Made by a program: the position numbers and the translations under genes. The notes beneath the pieces are model-generated. The model was given only the letters and a program-made list of their open reading frames with translations, was not told the origin of the DNA and searched no databases. This document shows positions 48,130-57,423 of a DNA stretch of 64,000 bases, piece by piece. The first letter of the stretch is position 1; each line of letters starts with the position of its first letter. The DNA comes from Candidatus Melainabacteria bacterium (GTDB lineage Bacteria; Cyanobacteriota; Vampirovibrionia; 2-02-FULL-35-15), in the NCBI GenBank assembly GCA_016201905.1, contig JACQBQ010000001.1:3405-67404 (forward strand), in the 5' to 3' direction.

Positions 48130-50280
48130 CTACATAGTTGCACTAGCAACCAATTCACTAATATCTTTTACAGTTGGTGGTTCCCCGCTTTTATCAAGTG
48201 TTCTTGCAGTTTCAAGCATAATAGTACAGAAAGGACATGCGCTTGCAGCTGTCTTTGCACCTGATTCTTTAATTTCATTTAACCTCATAACGTTAATTTG
48301 TTTTCCAGGTGCTTCATACCAGAGCTGTGCTCCACCACCACCACAGCATGTCCCTTTTTCACGAGAGTTTTCCATTTCAATATATTTTAAGCCGGGGATT
48401 TTATTTAAAATGTTTCTTGGAGCATCATATTGACCATTATGACGACCAAGATAACAAGAATCGTGATAAGTTATTTCTTCACTGATTTCCTTTGTCATTG
48501 AGAGCTTTCCTTCTTTTATTAATTCCCATAAGATTTCAGTATGATGAAATACGCTGACATCTTTTAAGCCAAAGTCTGGATATTCATTTTTAAATGTATT
48601 AAAACAGTGGGGACAATGAGTAATAATTTTTTTAACATTTTTGCCTTTAAATATTTCAATATTTTCAATTGCCAGTTCCTGAAAAAGCCCTTCATCGCCA
48701 GCTCTGCGAGCTGTATCACCTGTGCATTTTTCTTTTTTGCCTAAAATTGCAAACTTTACATTTGCTTTTTTAAGTAAACTTACCATTGTCTTTGCAATAT
48801 TTTGATTTCTTGAATCATAAGCTCCAGCACAACCAACCCAGTATAAATATTCAAAGTCACTGGTAGTTTCAATGTTTGGAACATTCAGACCTTCTGTCCA
48901 TTTTTCACGATCTTCTGGTGGCTGCCCCCATGGATTTGAACGTGAACGAATATTTTTTAGGGTATTAAGCAGATTATTTGGTGCTTTATTTTCTGAAATT
49001 AATGACCTTCTTAAATCAATGATTTTTGTTAATTGATCAATTCCAACAGGGCAGGTCTCTACACAAGCTCGACAGGAAGTGCATGACCATAGGGTTTCAG
49101 GAGTAAGTAGATCAGATAAAGTTAGCGTTGTAGTGTCATTGCGAGCCGAAGGCAAAGCAATCTCGCTAACTGTTTCACGTTGTTGAGATTGCTTCGCTCG
49201 CCTCGTCGGAGACGAGTCGGAGCGGGTCGCTGCACTCCTCGCAATGACGCTATTCGGTTTCTCTTCCTGCTTTCCACCTTTAAACCCATGATTGAGAATA
49301 GGTTCCTTATTCATGATTTGCTTCAAATCTAAAATTATCCATTTAGGTGAAAGTGGTTTTTCTGAATTTGTTGCAGGACATACTTCATGACATTTTCCAC
49401 AGGCTGTACATGTGTCCAGATCCATTAAATCTTTCCATGTAAAATCTTCTATCTTTGAAACTGTTTGTGCAAAATCATCTGGTGGATTTTCCATTGCCAT
49501 GATCTCTACTAAGTTAAACGGTGTACTTAAAGCCCCTTTTGGTTTTAAGTCGCTAAAAAATATATTTATTGGTGCTATAAACATATGACTAAACTTTGTA
49601 AATGGAATTAGAGCAATAAATGAAAATGTTTGTATTGAATGAAGCCACCATAAAATGAGATGTAGTGTCTTTTGTGTTTCATAAGAAAATCCTTGAACGC
49701 TATTTGCTATAAGTGCTCCAAGAAATGCATAAGGTTCAATCTGATCTGTTGCTGATTGTCTTAAACCTTCGATTAAAAATCCAAGAACTACAAATAATGC
49801 CAAGTAGACTAATTGAAACCAATCGTTCTGAAAATTATCTAGTCTTTTTGGTTTTACAACATACCTAATAAATGCAAAAAATCCAAGACCAACGAGCATT
49901 AACACGCCAGATAAGTCCATTAAAAAAGAATAGGACTTGTAAAACATGCCATGAAAAAAATATTCAGGCATGCGATCCTGAACTGTAAGTATGTCAGTCC
50001 CTATCCACAAAACAAAAAATCCATAAAAAACTAATATATGTGCAAGGATTGGAAGCTTATCCTTTCCCCAGCCTTTATATAAAAAACTTCTTACAAACAT
50101 GTTTTGAATGCGCTTGCTGAAGTCAGTAAGGTTATTTTTTGGTTTGCCTCTTGCCCAGCTTTTAATTTTTAAATAAAACCCAGAGATAAAAAATATTGCT
50201 GAAATAAAAAATAAAGAATAGAAAATTTCTTTGTAATGAGGCACATCGTGAATATTCCACCATAGACCGCGTGTTTCCAT
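48130..50280 (-). CDS. HdrDE/DsrMK-like membrane-bound Fe-S oxidoreductase: N-terminal NarI-like di-heme b membrane domain fused to two [4Fe-4S] ferredoxin motifs and two CCG cysteine-rich domains
   Basis: 5-6 TM helices with paired His (ILAHILVFYGFF, HLILWWLHSIQT). CTACGKCHEVCP and CTSCRACVETCP motifs. CCG-type clusters (CCGGGG, CPFC, HCPHC). Carries an in-frame 114-nt repeat insertion. Confidence 0.7.
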   Translation of the reverse strand: METRGLWWNIHDVPHYKEIFYSLFFISAIFFISGFYLKIKSWARGKPKNNLTDFSKRIQNMFVRSFLYKGWGKDKLPILAHILVFYGFFVLWIGTDILTVQDRMPEYFFHGMFYKSYSFLMDLSGVLMLVGLGFFAFIRYVVKPKRLDNFQNDWFQLVYLALFVVLGFLIEGLRQSATDQIEPYAFLGALIANSVQGFSYETQKTLHLILWWLHSIQTFSFIALIPFTKFSHMFIAPINIFFSDLKPKGALSTPFNLVEIMAMENPPDDFAQTVSKIEDFTWKDLMDLDTCTACGKCHEVCPATNSEKPLSPKWIILDLKQIMNKEPILNHGFKGGKQEEKPNSVIARSAATRSDSSPTRRAKQSQQRETVSEIALPSARNDTTTLTLSDLLTPETLWSCTSCRACVETCPVGIDQLTKIIDLRRSLISENKAPNNLLNTLKNIRSRSNPWGQPPEDREKWTEGLNVPNIETTSDFEYLYWVGCAGAYDSRNQNIAKTMVSLLKKANVKFAILGKKEKCTGDTARRAGDEGLFQELAIENIEIFKGKNVKKIITHCPHCFNTFKNEYPDFGLKDVSVFHHTEILWELIKEGKLSMTKEISEEITYHDSCYLGRHNGQYDAPRNILNKIPGLKYIEMENSREKGTCCGGGGAQLWYEAPGKQINVMRLNEIKESGAKTAASACPFCTIMLETARTLDKSGEPPTVKDISELVASATM
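49135..49248. repeat. GC-rich palindromic mini-element, copy 3, inserted in-frame (114 nt = 38 codons) in the HdrDE-like gene
   Basis: Termini GTCATTGCGAGC...CCTCGCAATGAC. Internal CTCGTCGGAGACGAG and GCAAAGCAATCTC/GAGATTGCTTCGC. Confidence 0.8.
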
Positions 50281-50339
50281 AGGAAATAATTTTAACAGTG
50301 GTATCTGGCACCAAGCGACTGGTAAGTATAAAAGTTAAT

Positions 50340-50720
50340 CTATGCTAGTGCTTTTTCTATTCCGGGTAAGTTATCTAATAGTATTTGCTTAGTATCTATA
50401 TTATTTAAAAATAATTCTTTGCAAACCTCAAAATTTGCACGAGTCATTTTCTTAGTACTTGAAACACCTGGTCCTCCAGGACTAAGCACCAATAATTCTG
50501 GTAAACCTCTTGTTTCCTTAGTTCCTTGCAAGTTGATAAAGTATCTTTTACCATCTTGATGGTTTACACCAAGTCCGTATGGGTTACCAGTTTCCTCTTT
50601 TACAAAAAGTTGAGGTTCACATAATGGAAACTCAAGAATCACTTTATTCTGCTTATCTCTTTTGCAAGGAGCATGACCTGGATATGGACCATTAAGCTGA
50701 GTTGAAAGTATTTTTACCAT
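50340..50720 (-). CDS. Hypothetical protein (126 aa)
   Basis: ORF on the same strand between the TPR lipoprotein and HdrDE-like genes. Confidence 0.4.
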   Translation of the reverse strand: MVKILSTQLNGPYPGHAPCKRDKQNKVILEFPLCEPQLFVKEETGNPYGLGVNHQDGKRYFINLQGTKETRGLPELLVLSPGGPGVSSTKKMTRANFEVCKELFLNNIDTKQILLDNLPGIEKALA

Positions 50721-50746
50721 TTGTTTTCCTCCTGATTTTCTTCTAT

Positions 50747-51634
50747 TTAGCCTGTAGCGTGATTTGTTTGTCTTATACCTTTTGCTCTGTCAGCAAAAAT
50801 TTTAGCTTCATTTTCTTTGCCCAGCTTTTTACAAACCTCTGCCATATTTTCAAGTACGACTACTGTTTCAGGATGGTTTTTACCCAGCTTTTTTTCAAGT
50901 ATAGATAATGTTTGCTTGAAAAGAGACTCTGATTCAGGATATTTGCCTTGGAAGTAATAAACTGTTGCAAGGTCATTTAAAGATTTTGCATAAGCAGGTT
51001 CTTCTTTCTTATTTGCTTTTTCAAAAATTGAAAGAAGTCTTTTTAAAGCCAGCTCTGAATCAAGATATTTTCCTTCTATTTTATAGAGGTCAGCCAAATT
51101 GTTTAGTGGTGTTTGTAATTCTATATGTTCTTTTCCTAGTTGCTTTTCTAATATTGACAGAGATTCTTTATAAAGGGATTCGGCTTGATTATATTTCTTT
51201 TGTGAAACATAAAGTGTTGCAAGATTATTTAAAGATAATGAAACGTCTGGATGCTCATTTCCTAACACTTGTTTTCTCATTAAAAGTGCTTGATTGTAAT
51301 ATGATTCTGCTTTTTTAAAATCGCCTTGAACACGATAAAGTTCTGCTAAATTGTTTAGAGATGTAGCTACTTTTGCATTGCTTGATCCAAATGCTTTTTT
51401 TGCAAAGTTTAGTGCATCATTAGCTGCAGATGTTGCTTCTCTAATTTTTCCTTGCTGGTAAAGTTGAACAGCTTTTATGTTAAGTGATTTCCACTCTTCC
51501 TGTTTTTTTAATATTTCTCCAGGACTTTGATTGCTGGCACATTGTAAGCATGGTACTTTAGCGCAGCCTGTAAAAGAAATAGCTATAACTAGAATTAGTA
51601 GTGTACTAATAAAACTTTTTAATCTCAGCATCAT
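50747..51634 (-). CDS. TPR-repeat lipoprotein
   Basis: Signal peptide plus lipobox (ISFTGC). About 6 TPR units with LNNLA.LY..QG.Y..AE consensus. Confidence 0.75.
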   Translation of the reverse strand: MMLRLKSFISTLLILVIAISFTGCAKVPCLQCASNQSPGEILKKQEEWKSLNIKAVQLYQQGKIREATSAANDALNFAKKAFGSSNAKVATSLNNLAELYRVQGDFKKAESYYNQALLMRKQVLGNEHPDVSLSLNNLATLYVSQKKYNQAESLYKESLSILEKQLGKEHIELQTPLNNLADLYKIEGKYLDSELALKRLLSIFEKANKKEEPAYAKSLNDLATVYYFQGKYPESESLFKQTLSILEKKLGKNHPETVVVLENMAEVCKKLGKENEAKIFADRAKGIRQTNHATG

Positions 51635-51737
51635 ATTTTTATCTCCATTTATTTGTTAGGCATAAAACAATGATAATTTTAGCTTGCAACCTATTATTTG
51701 AATATGTTAATCAGTCCAATTTTCTAAGTATTACAGT

Positions 51738-51980
51738 TTAATTCTTAGCTTTTTCCTTGAATACATTACACTTAGCAATTGCTCCATCTTCTTCAAAAAT
51801 TACATCCGGTCTTAAATTAAAAATACACCTTACACCAGGCTGGTAAGGTTTTTGTGGTGCAAAGAATTGACATTTATTACAAAGCTCATAACGAGCAGTA
51901 GTGGTTGCCTTGCGACGCCACGGATCGCTTGTTATTTCTGAATCAACATTTTCATTTAGGTCGGACATGAATCCTCTCAC
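51738..51980 (-). CDS. Small hypothetical protein (80 aa) with a CxxC pair
   Basis: ORF only. Confidence 0.3.
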   Translation of the reverse strand: MRGFMSDLNENVDSEITSDPWRRKATTTARYELCNKCQFFAPQKPYQPGVRCIFNLRPDVIFEEDGAIAKCNVFKEKAKN

Positions 51981-52038
51981 AAGATCTCTTTCAAATAAAC
52001 ATTGACAGGGCAGGATAAATCCTGCTCCTACAACTTTG

Positions 52039-52494
52039 CTACGTAATTGCTTTTATCAAAGCTTGCAGTCCTAATAGATAGCTATCTTTCCCAAATCCTG
52101 TTATCTGCCCCATACTAACAGGTGCTATAAGGGACTTATGCCTAAACTCTTCTCTTTGGTAAATATTTGACAGGTGTACTTCTACTGTAGGCAGTTTTAT
52201 AGCAAGGATTGCATCTCTTATTGCAACGCTTGTATGTGTGTATGCTGCTGGGTTTATGAGTATCCCTTTGATTCTGCCTCTTGAAGCTTTCTGAATAAAG
52301 TTTACAATCTCACCTTCAATATTTGACTGCTTTATTTCAAGATCAATATTTGAATCCTTTGCTAGTTTTTTTAGCTCAGCATTAATCTTTTCCAGGCTTA
52401 TTTTCCCATAAACATTTTTTTCTCTTTTGCCCAGCATGTTTAAGTTAGGGCCATGAAGAACAAGGATTTTCTTATGTTTGTTTTTCTTTGGCAT
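52039..52494 (-). CDS. aroQ: 3-dehydroquinate dehydratase, type II
   Basis: [32 protein letters not shown], and [13 protein letters not shown]. Confidence 0.9.
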   Translation of the reverse strand: MPKKNKHKKILVLHGPNLNMLGKREKNVYGKISLEKINAELKKLAKDSNIDLEIKQSNIEGEIVNFIQKASRGRIKGILINPAAYTHTSVAIRDAILAIKLPTVEVHLSNIYQREEFRHKSLIAPVSMGQITGFGKDSYLLGLQALIKAIT

Positions 52495-52511
52495 ATGGTT
52501 ATTAATTATAA

Positions 52512-52585
52512 CGCTCCTTGCTCGCCTCTCTACGCGGGTCGCCTTTGGCGAATCTTGCTAGGGGTGGGGAGAGCGGACAATGACA
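52512..52585. repeat. Truncated or degenerate copy of the GC-rich element in the aroQ / 71-aa ORF divergent region
   Basis: Right terminus GGACAATGACA; shares a CCTTTGGC module with copy 6; GC-rich. Confidence 0.45.
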
Positions 52586-52623
52586 TAAAATGTGTTATCT
52601 TATTCTTTCAGGAGGTATTTAAA

Positions 52624-52836
52624 ATGTCATCAATTTTAAAAAATGTTTCAAATGAAGAAAAACTAAAAGCAGTAAAAGATATTGTTGTAGCTTATATAAA
52701 CAGCTCAGTAAGAAAAAAAGGTGATGATGCTGAACCTACAATAAAGCCAGATCAAGTATGCGAGCTTATAAAAAAAGTGTTTAATACTATGGAAGAGCTT
52801 TTGCCTGTTACAGAGACAAAGGTGGGACTACATTAA
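52624..52836 (+). CDS. Small hypothetical protein (71 aa)
   Basis: AGGAGG lies 9 nt upstream of the ATG at 52624. The longer ORF-track start at 52453 overlaps aroQ and a repeat. Confidence 0.4.
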   Translation: MSSILKNVSNEEKLKAVKDIVVAYINSSVRKKGDDAEPTIKPDQVCELIKKVFNTMEELLPVTETKVGLH

Positions 52837-52876
52837 GCTTAGACTGGTTTTTGCCTAATGAGCTATAATTTTACTT

Positions 52877-53716
52877 ATGACTACGGCAATAATCATTCCT
52901 GCCCGCTATGAAAGTATTCGCTTTCCTGGAAAGCCACTAGCATTAATTAGTGGAAAACCAATGATTGAGTGGGTTCTTAGTGCTGCTAAAAAATCAAAGC
53001 TTGCAAATAAAATAATCGTTGCAACGGAGGACAAAAGGATTTTTGACTTTGTAAAAGAAAAATTAAATGCAGAAGCCTGCTTAACTTCTAAAGATCATAA
53101 ATGCGGCACAGATAGAATTACTGAAGTTGTTAAAAAGCACCCTGATGTTAAATATATAGTTAACTTGCAGGGTGATGAGCCTCTTATGCCACCTGAATAT
53201 ATTGATAAAGTACTTGAGCCTTTACTGGAATCCAGCTCCATTCAAATGTCAAGCCTTGTTGCACCCATAACAAACCCTGAAGAACTAAATAATCCAAATA
53301 TAGTTAAAGCTGTAGTAGACAAAGATGGATTTGCACTTTATTTTTCAAGATCACAAATTCCATATAACAGGGACAACAGAAAAAATATTCAATATTATAA
53401 ACATATTGGGATTTATGCTTATACAAGAGAAACTATTTTACAGTTTAGCCTGTTACCTCAATCTTCACTTGAGATAGCAGAACAATTAGAACAACTTAGA
53501 GCACTTGAAAATGGGATTAAAATTAAACTTGCAGTAGTTCCGAAATCTTATCCTGCAGTAGACAGACCTGAAGATGTAAAAGTTGTAGAGAGTTTACAGC
53601 TAATTAACTTCAGTAGTCATCATGGTTTGACCAGTTTCTTGGTCTTGTTGTATTTTATGAATAGTTTGAGTTCCATTTTGAAGGCGGGATTTTGCAGCCT
53701 CGCCTTCACCATTTAA
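52877..53716 (+). CDS. kdsB: 3-deoxy-manno-octulosonate cytidylyltransferase (CMP-Kdo synthetase)
   Basis: IIPARY.S.R.PGKPL, VQGDEPL, YFSR..IPY, HIGIYAY, LEQLR.LE.G. The ~30-aa C-terminal tail overlaps the convergent gene and may be spurious. Confidence 0.85.
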   Translation: MTTAIIIPARYESIRFPGKPLALISGKPMIEWVLSAAKKSKLANKIIVATEDKRIFDFVKEKLNAEACLTSKDHKCGTDRITEVVKKHPDVKYIVNLQGDEPLMPPEYIDKVLEPLLESSSIQMSSLVAPITNPEELNNPNIVKAVVDKDGFALYFSRSQIPYNRDNRKNIQYYKHIGIYAYTRETILQFSLLPQSSLEIAEQLEQLRALENGIKIKLAVVPKSYPAVDRPEDVKVVESLQLINFSSHHGLTSFLVLLYFMNSLSSILKAGFCSLAFTI

Positions 53717-55024
53717 CTTATTACTTCTAGACTTGTCTGGGTTTTGTTTTAATAAATCATCTTTTATTTTATTTACCCGCAAGTATAAGCTTATTGCAAT
53801 GCTTTTAGCAGTGCCCAATTCCTCTCTGAGTGAATTAGCTTTAGATTCAAACCCAGGGATTGCTTCGACTTTTTGTTGCAATGATGCGATTTTTTCATGT
53901 AGTTTTTCTATTGTTTCAGTTTTATCCTGGAGTTCTTTCTCCATATTTGCATTTCTTTCTTCTGTAGTCTTTGACTTCTCATTTAAATTCAATAAATCGT
54001 GTTCAAGCTGGTTTTTTACAAAAACTATATTTTCGTAGTCAGACTGTAATTTTTGTACAAGAAAAGCCTTTTCACTAATTTGCTTGTTTGCTTTACCGTT
54101 TAAGTTATTTATCTCGTTTATAGAATTTATTACCTCATCGATTTTTTGGATAACACCTTCTTTGTTTTTTACTTTTCCTGAGAATAATTTACTTAAAACT
54201 CCACCTTCATGAGACTCGTTTACAATTTCCTGAACTTCTTTTAATTGTTCTATTATATTTTCAATTAATTTGTTTTGGTCTTTCAGGTCAGCCTGACTAG
54301 ACATTTCTCCGTCAGCTGATTTTTTATAGGTATTAAAAATGGTTTGATAACTTGATAGCAACTCTTTAAACCTGGTTTCTGAAATGTTTTTTGGGAAATA
54401 CTTTTCAACAAACCTTTCACAGAGTCTCTGCATTGTTTTACCGACTTTTTCACTGACAGCAGGAAACTTTTCCTTAAACTCACTAACAAGTATCGAAGAT
54501 AATCCCTGAATGGTTACAGCTAAATCCATGTTTAAATTAGCTAAAATAATTCTGCATAGCCACATAGCCTGGATATTTATATCTAAATCGTTTTGGATGG
54601 ATAAATCTTTTTGGAATTTTCTAAACTTTCCAAGATTTTTCCCTTCTACAGTGAGAACTGCTTGAATGTGCCTGATTAAATCCTTTGGGACCTTAGATTG
54701 TTTGTTTTGTAGCCTGATTTGATTAAACTCGGCTACAGTTGTTTCTTTTTGTTTTGTTGGAAGTAGAAATAAAATCTGTGTTTCTAAAGTCCATATGAAA
54801 TCGAGTATTTCTTTTTGAGTATCTTCTGGTGTAGCTCTATGCCAGTTTTTATTTGGTGAGATGCTGTGAATAACCTGTAGAATTTCTTCCTGAGTGATTT
54901 TATTTACTCTGCTTTTAAGAAGCAATGATAGTTCCTCAACTGTTAAAGTAGGCTGTTCGCTAATTGTCTTTAGAACAATTTTTTGTGTTTCTTTTGTAAC
55001 TGCTTGAATTTCCTGTGTTGGCAT
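53600..55024 (-). CDS. Hypothetical protein with an N-terminal globular region and a long C-terminal coiled coil
   Basis: Start at Met16 (AAGGA 7 nt upstream) is preferred over the ORF-track start 55069. Heptad-rich C-terminal half. Confidence 0.5.
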   Translation of the reverse strand: MPTQEIQAVTKETQKIVLKTISEQPTLTVEELSLLLKSRVNKITQEEILQVIHSISPNKNWHRATPEDTQKEILDFIWTLETQILFLLPTKQKETTVAEFNQIRLQNKQSKVPKDLIRHIQAVLTVEGKNLGKFRKFQKDLSIQNDLDINIQAMWLCRIILANLNMDLAVTIQGLSSILVSEFKEKFPAVSEKVGKTMQRLCERFVEKYFPKNISETRFKELLSSYQTIFNTYKKSADGEMSSQADLKDQNKLIENIIEQLKEVQEIVNESHEGGVLSKLFSGKVKNKEGVIQKIDEVINSINEINNLNGKANKQISEKAFLVQKLQSDYENIVFVKNQLEHDLLNLNEKSKTTEERNANMEKELQDKTETIEKLHEKIASLQQKVEAIPGFESKANSLREELGTAKSIAISLYLRVNKIKDDLLKQNPDKSRSNKLNGEGEAAKSRLQNGTQTIHKIQQDQETGQTMMTTEVN

Positions 55025-55040
55025 TTGTTTTCCTTTAAAG

Positions 55041-56228
55041 TCAGTTTTCAAGTTTTTCCCCTGTATCACCTTCCAGATTGCATAAAGGCAGATTATCTAA
55101 ACTAAGCTGTGGACTGGCTATGGTTAAGCTATCCTCATCACTTTCAGGTGTTGGAGATTGAGTTTGTTCTTGTTGTTGTTGATTTTGTTCTCCACTTTCT
55201 ATTTTTTGTTCTATGTTTCTAAATGAGAGCCCAACTTTTCTTTGTTCAAGATCAATTTTAATTATTTTTGTGGTTATAACAGTACCAACTTTTGGTTTTT
55301 CCATTCCTTCGGGAATTTCAGAATTGTGTAATAGTGCTTCAATGCCTGGTTTTAACTGAACAAATACTCCAAAAGGAGCCTCACTAATAACTTTTCCAGA
55401 TACAAGGTTATCAACTTCAAGCTCATTATGAATTTGTTCCCATGGATCTCCTAAAACCTGTTTAATACTAAGAGCAACTCTTTGATTTCCTCTTTCAATT
55501 CTAAAAATCCTGGCTTGAATAACCTGACCTGTTCTAACTACTTCTTTTGGGTGTCCAAACCTTCCCCAGCTAAGCTCAGATGCTGGAATTAATCCATCAA
55601 GCCCGCCAAGATCTACAAATACCCCAAAATCTGCAACCCTTAAAACTGGAGCTTCTACAATATCTCCTTCATTTAATTTTTGAATTGTTACTTCAGCTCT
55701 TTTTTGTTTTTCAATGTCAATTGCTTTTTTATGATTTAAAATTATTTTCTTTTCTTTATAGTCAAGTTCTTCAATAAGAACCTCTATTTCCTGATTTATC
55801 CAGTTTTCCTGGCTAATGCCTGGCAGTCTTATATATCTGCCCGGTAAAAATGCTCTTAGTCCGTCGATAAAAACCTCAGCACCACCTTTTACTACTTTTG
55901 AAATTGTAACTTTAAGTGCTGTGTTTTCTTCTTTTGTTTTTTCTAGCTTTTCAAAACCTTGCTTTTCTTTTAGTGCCTTTGGAGAAACCATATAACGATC
56001 GCTTTTATCTGGTCCTGAAATTACAAGTGCTTGAAATGACTCTTGCAGGGCTTGTTCACTTCCAGCATTATTTATGTGGCTGCTTGGTATAAAACCTTCC
56101 CATTCATTGTTTACATCGACAAGATAACCATCTTTTAACTTTGCAAGGAACTTACAGGTTACTTCATTTTCTTTTGTAAGCTTATTTTGATATTTGTTTT
56201 TTAATTCTTCAAAAGTTGTTGCTGACAT
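55041..56228 (-). CDS. rpsA: S1 RNA-binding domain protein (short ribosomal protein S1-like, about 4 S1 domains)
   Basis: Repeated S1-domain blocks (G.V...GAEV.IDGLRAFLP; G.IV.A.V....DFGVFVDLGGLDGLI; VSGKV......FGVFV.L..GIEAL). Q/E-rich C-terminus. Confidence 0.7.
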   Translation of the reverse strand: MSATTFEELKNKYQNKLTKENEVTCKFLAKLKDGYLVDVNNEWEGFIPSSHINNAGSEQALQESFQALVISGPDKSDRYMVSPKALKEKQGFEKLEKTKEENTALKVTISKVVKGGAEVFIDGLRAFLPGRYIRLPGISQENWINQEIEVLIEELDYKEKKIILNHKKAIDIEKQKRAEVTIQKLNEGDIVEAPVLRVADFGVFVDLGGLDGLIPASELSWGRFGHPKEVVRTGQVIQARIFRIERGNQRVALSIKQVLGDPWEQIHNELEVDNLVSGKVISEAPFGVFVQLKPGIEALLHNSEIPEGMEKPKVGTVITTKIIKIDLEQRKVGLSFRNIEQKIESGEQNQQQQEQTQSPTPESDEDSLTIASPQLSLDNLPLCNLEGDTGEKLEN

Positions 56229-56240
56229 TTACGGACCTCT

Positions 56241-56660
56241 TTACTGATTCTTGTCATTAAAAAATATTTTACTAGCATACACTAAAGCAATACCAACTGC
56301 CAGATAGATTATCCCTAAAATTGGTCTATCAATAGGACTACGCCTTAAAATCCCACCCATCCCCATCATAAGACCAATTAGAACAAATCCTCTTACACCT
56401 AGTATTTTTATCCAGCCTATTAGTATGTCATTTTTATTAAACTGGATAACATCAGCTCTCTTATAATATTTTAAAGCAATTTTCTGAAGTATAAATCTTC
56501 CTTTTAGCAGGCCCACAGTTACACTTGATGTAATAAAAATAATTAGTTTTATACCAAAGCTTAGTTTTAATAACCAGCTTATCCCGGCAATCGATAATCC
56601 TAAACCTACAAGTAGCCAAATTATTCCAACAATTACCAGACTGGCTTTTTTAGTATTCAT
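56241..56660 (-). CDS. Small polytopic membrane protein (139 aa)
   Basis: 4 TM helices. Preceded by the conserved hairpin element. Confidence 0.5.
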   Translation of the reverse strand: MNTKKASLVIVGIIWLLVGLGLSIAGISWLLKLSFGIKLIIFITSSVTVGLLKGRFILQKIALKYYKRADVIQFNKNDILIGWIKILGVRGFVLIGLMMGMGGILRRSPIDRPILGIIYLAVGIALVYASKIFFNDKNQ

Positions 56661-56667
56661 TTTTTGT

Positions 56668-56700
56668 CAAAAAAATCCTGCTTTGAACAAGATTTTTTCT
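56668..56700 (-). promoter_or_regulatory. Third, partial copy (second hairpin only) ending 8 nt before the start codon of the 139-aa membrane protein
   Basis: Minus strand AGAAAAAATCTTG-TTCAAAG-CAGGATTTTTTT. The loop TTGTTCAAAGC is conserved; the stem is kept by a U.G pair. Confidence 0.4.
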
Positions 56701-57109
56701 TTTCCCTTTACTTATTTTTTTTGTCTACTAACATTAATTTATTATCACGTAAAATATTCATAACAACAAGTAAAATGTTAAAAGATAAAGTTGATGAGAT
56801 AATTTGCTAACAATTGTTGTCGGTATATGTCTTTTTTTTAGAAGATATTTACCTCTTAATCAACTTCCGGCTCCCTTCAAAACGGTACGTAATAAGGTTT
56901 ATAAACCATTCTGAATATAAAATTTTTTTAATCTTTAGCCTTATTATGTGACTTAAGAGCTATTTTCTTATTAATTCTCTCGAAGATTAAATTTTTCTTA
57001 TTTGATTTACTTGTTTAAAGTCTTTTAAATTACCTCTAAAAAAGCTATTATTGTGTCATAAGTAATTTTTACTTATTAAAGATAAAGTTAAGAACAGTTA
57101 AAGGAAAGA

Positions 57110-57418
57110 ATGAGACAAAATCCAAAGAATGAAATTGTAGGTTCAATAAGGGCACTTGACCAAGAGTTAATTGATCGCTTATATAAAGATCTTACTAAAG
57201 AATTATCAGAGTTAATTAAAGAGCTGAATGACTCATCCAAAATAGGTGCATTTGGTGCAATGGCTACCTTATCAACTAAAATTTCAGATATGGCCTCAGA
57301 TTTAAAAAAATTACAGCACTTACCTACTATGCTTACAAATCCTTTTATAATGGCAGACCCAAGAACTATTCTTGATGAAATAAGCAAGAAGTACGGGAAG
57401 AAGAAAAATAAAAAGTAA
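57110..57418 (+). CDS. Hypothetical hydrophilic protein (102 aa)
   Basis: AAGGA upstream of the ATG and balanced composition. Preferred over the overlapping antisense ORF 57088..57429. Confidence 0.45.
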   Translation: MRQNPKNEIVGSIRALDQELIDRLYKDLTKELSELIKELNDSSKIGAFGAMATLSTKISDMASDLKKLQHLPTMLTNPFIMADPRTILDEISKKYGKKKNKK

Positions 57419-57423
57419 AAAAG

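Noticed and set aside
52453-52623. Long N-terminal extension of the 52453..52836 ORF
   Set aside because: It overlaps aroQ and a GC-rich repeat. A strong AGGAGG-ATG at 52624 gives a compact 71-aa protein.
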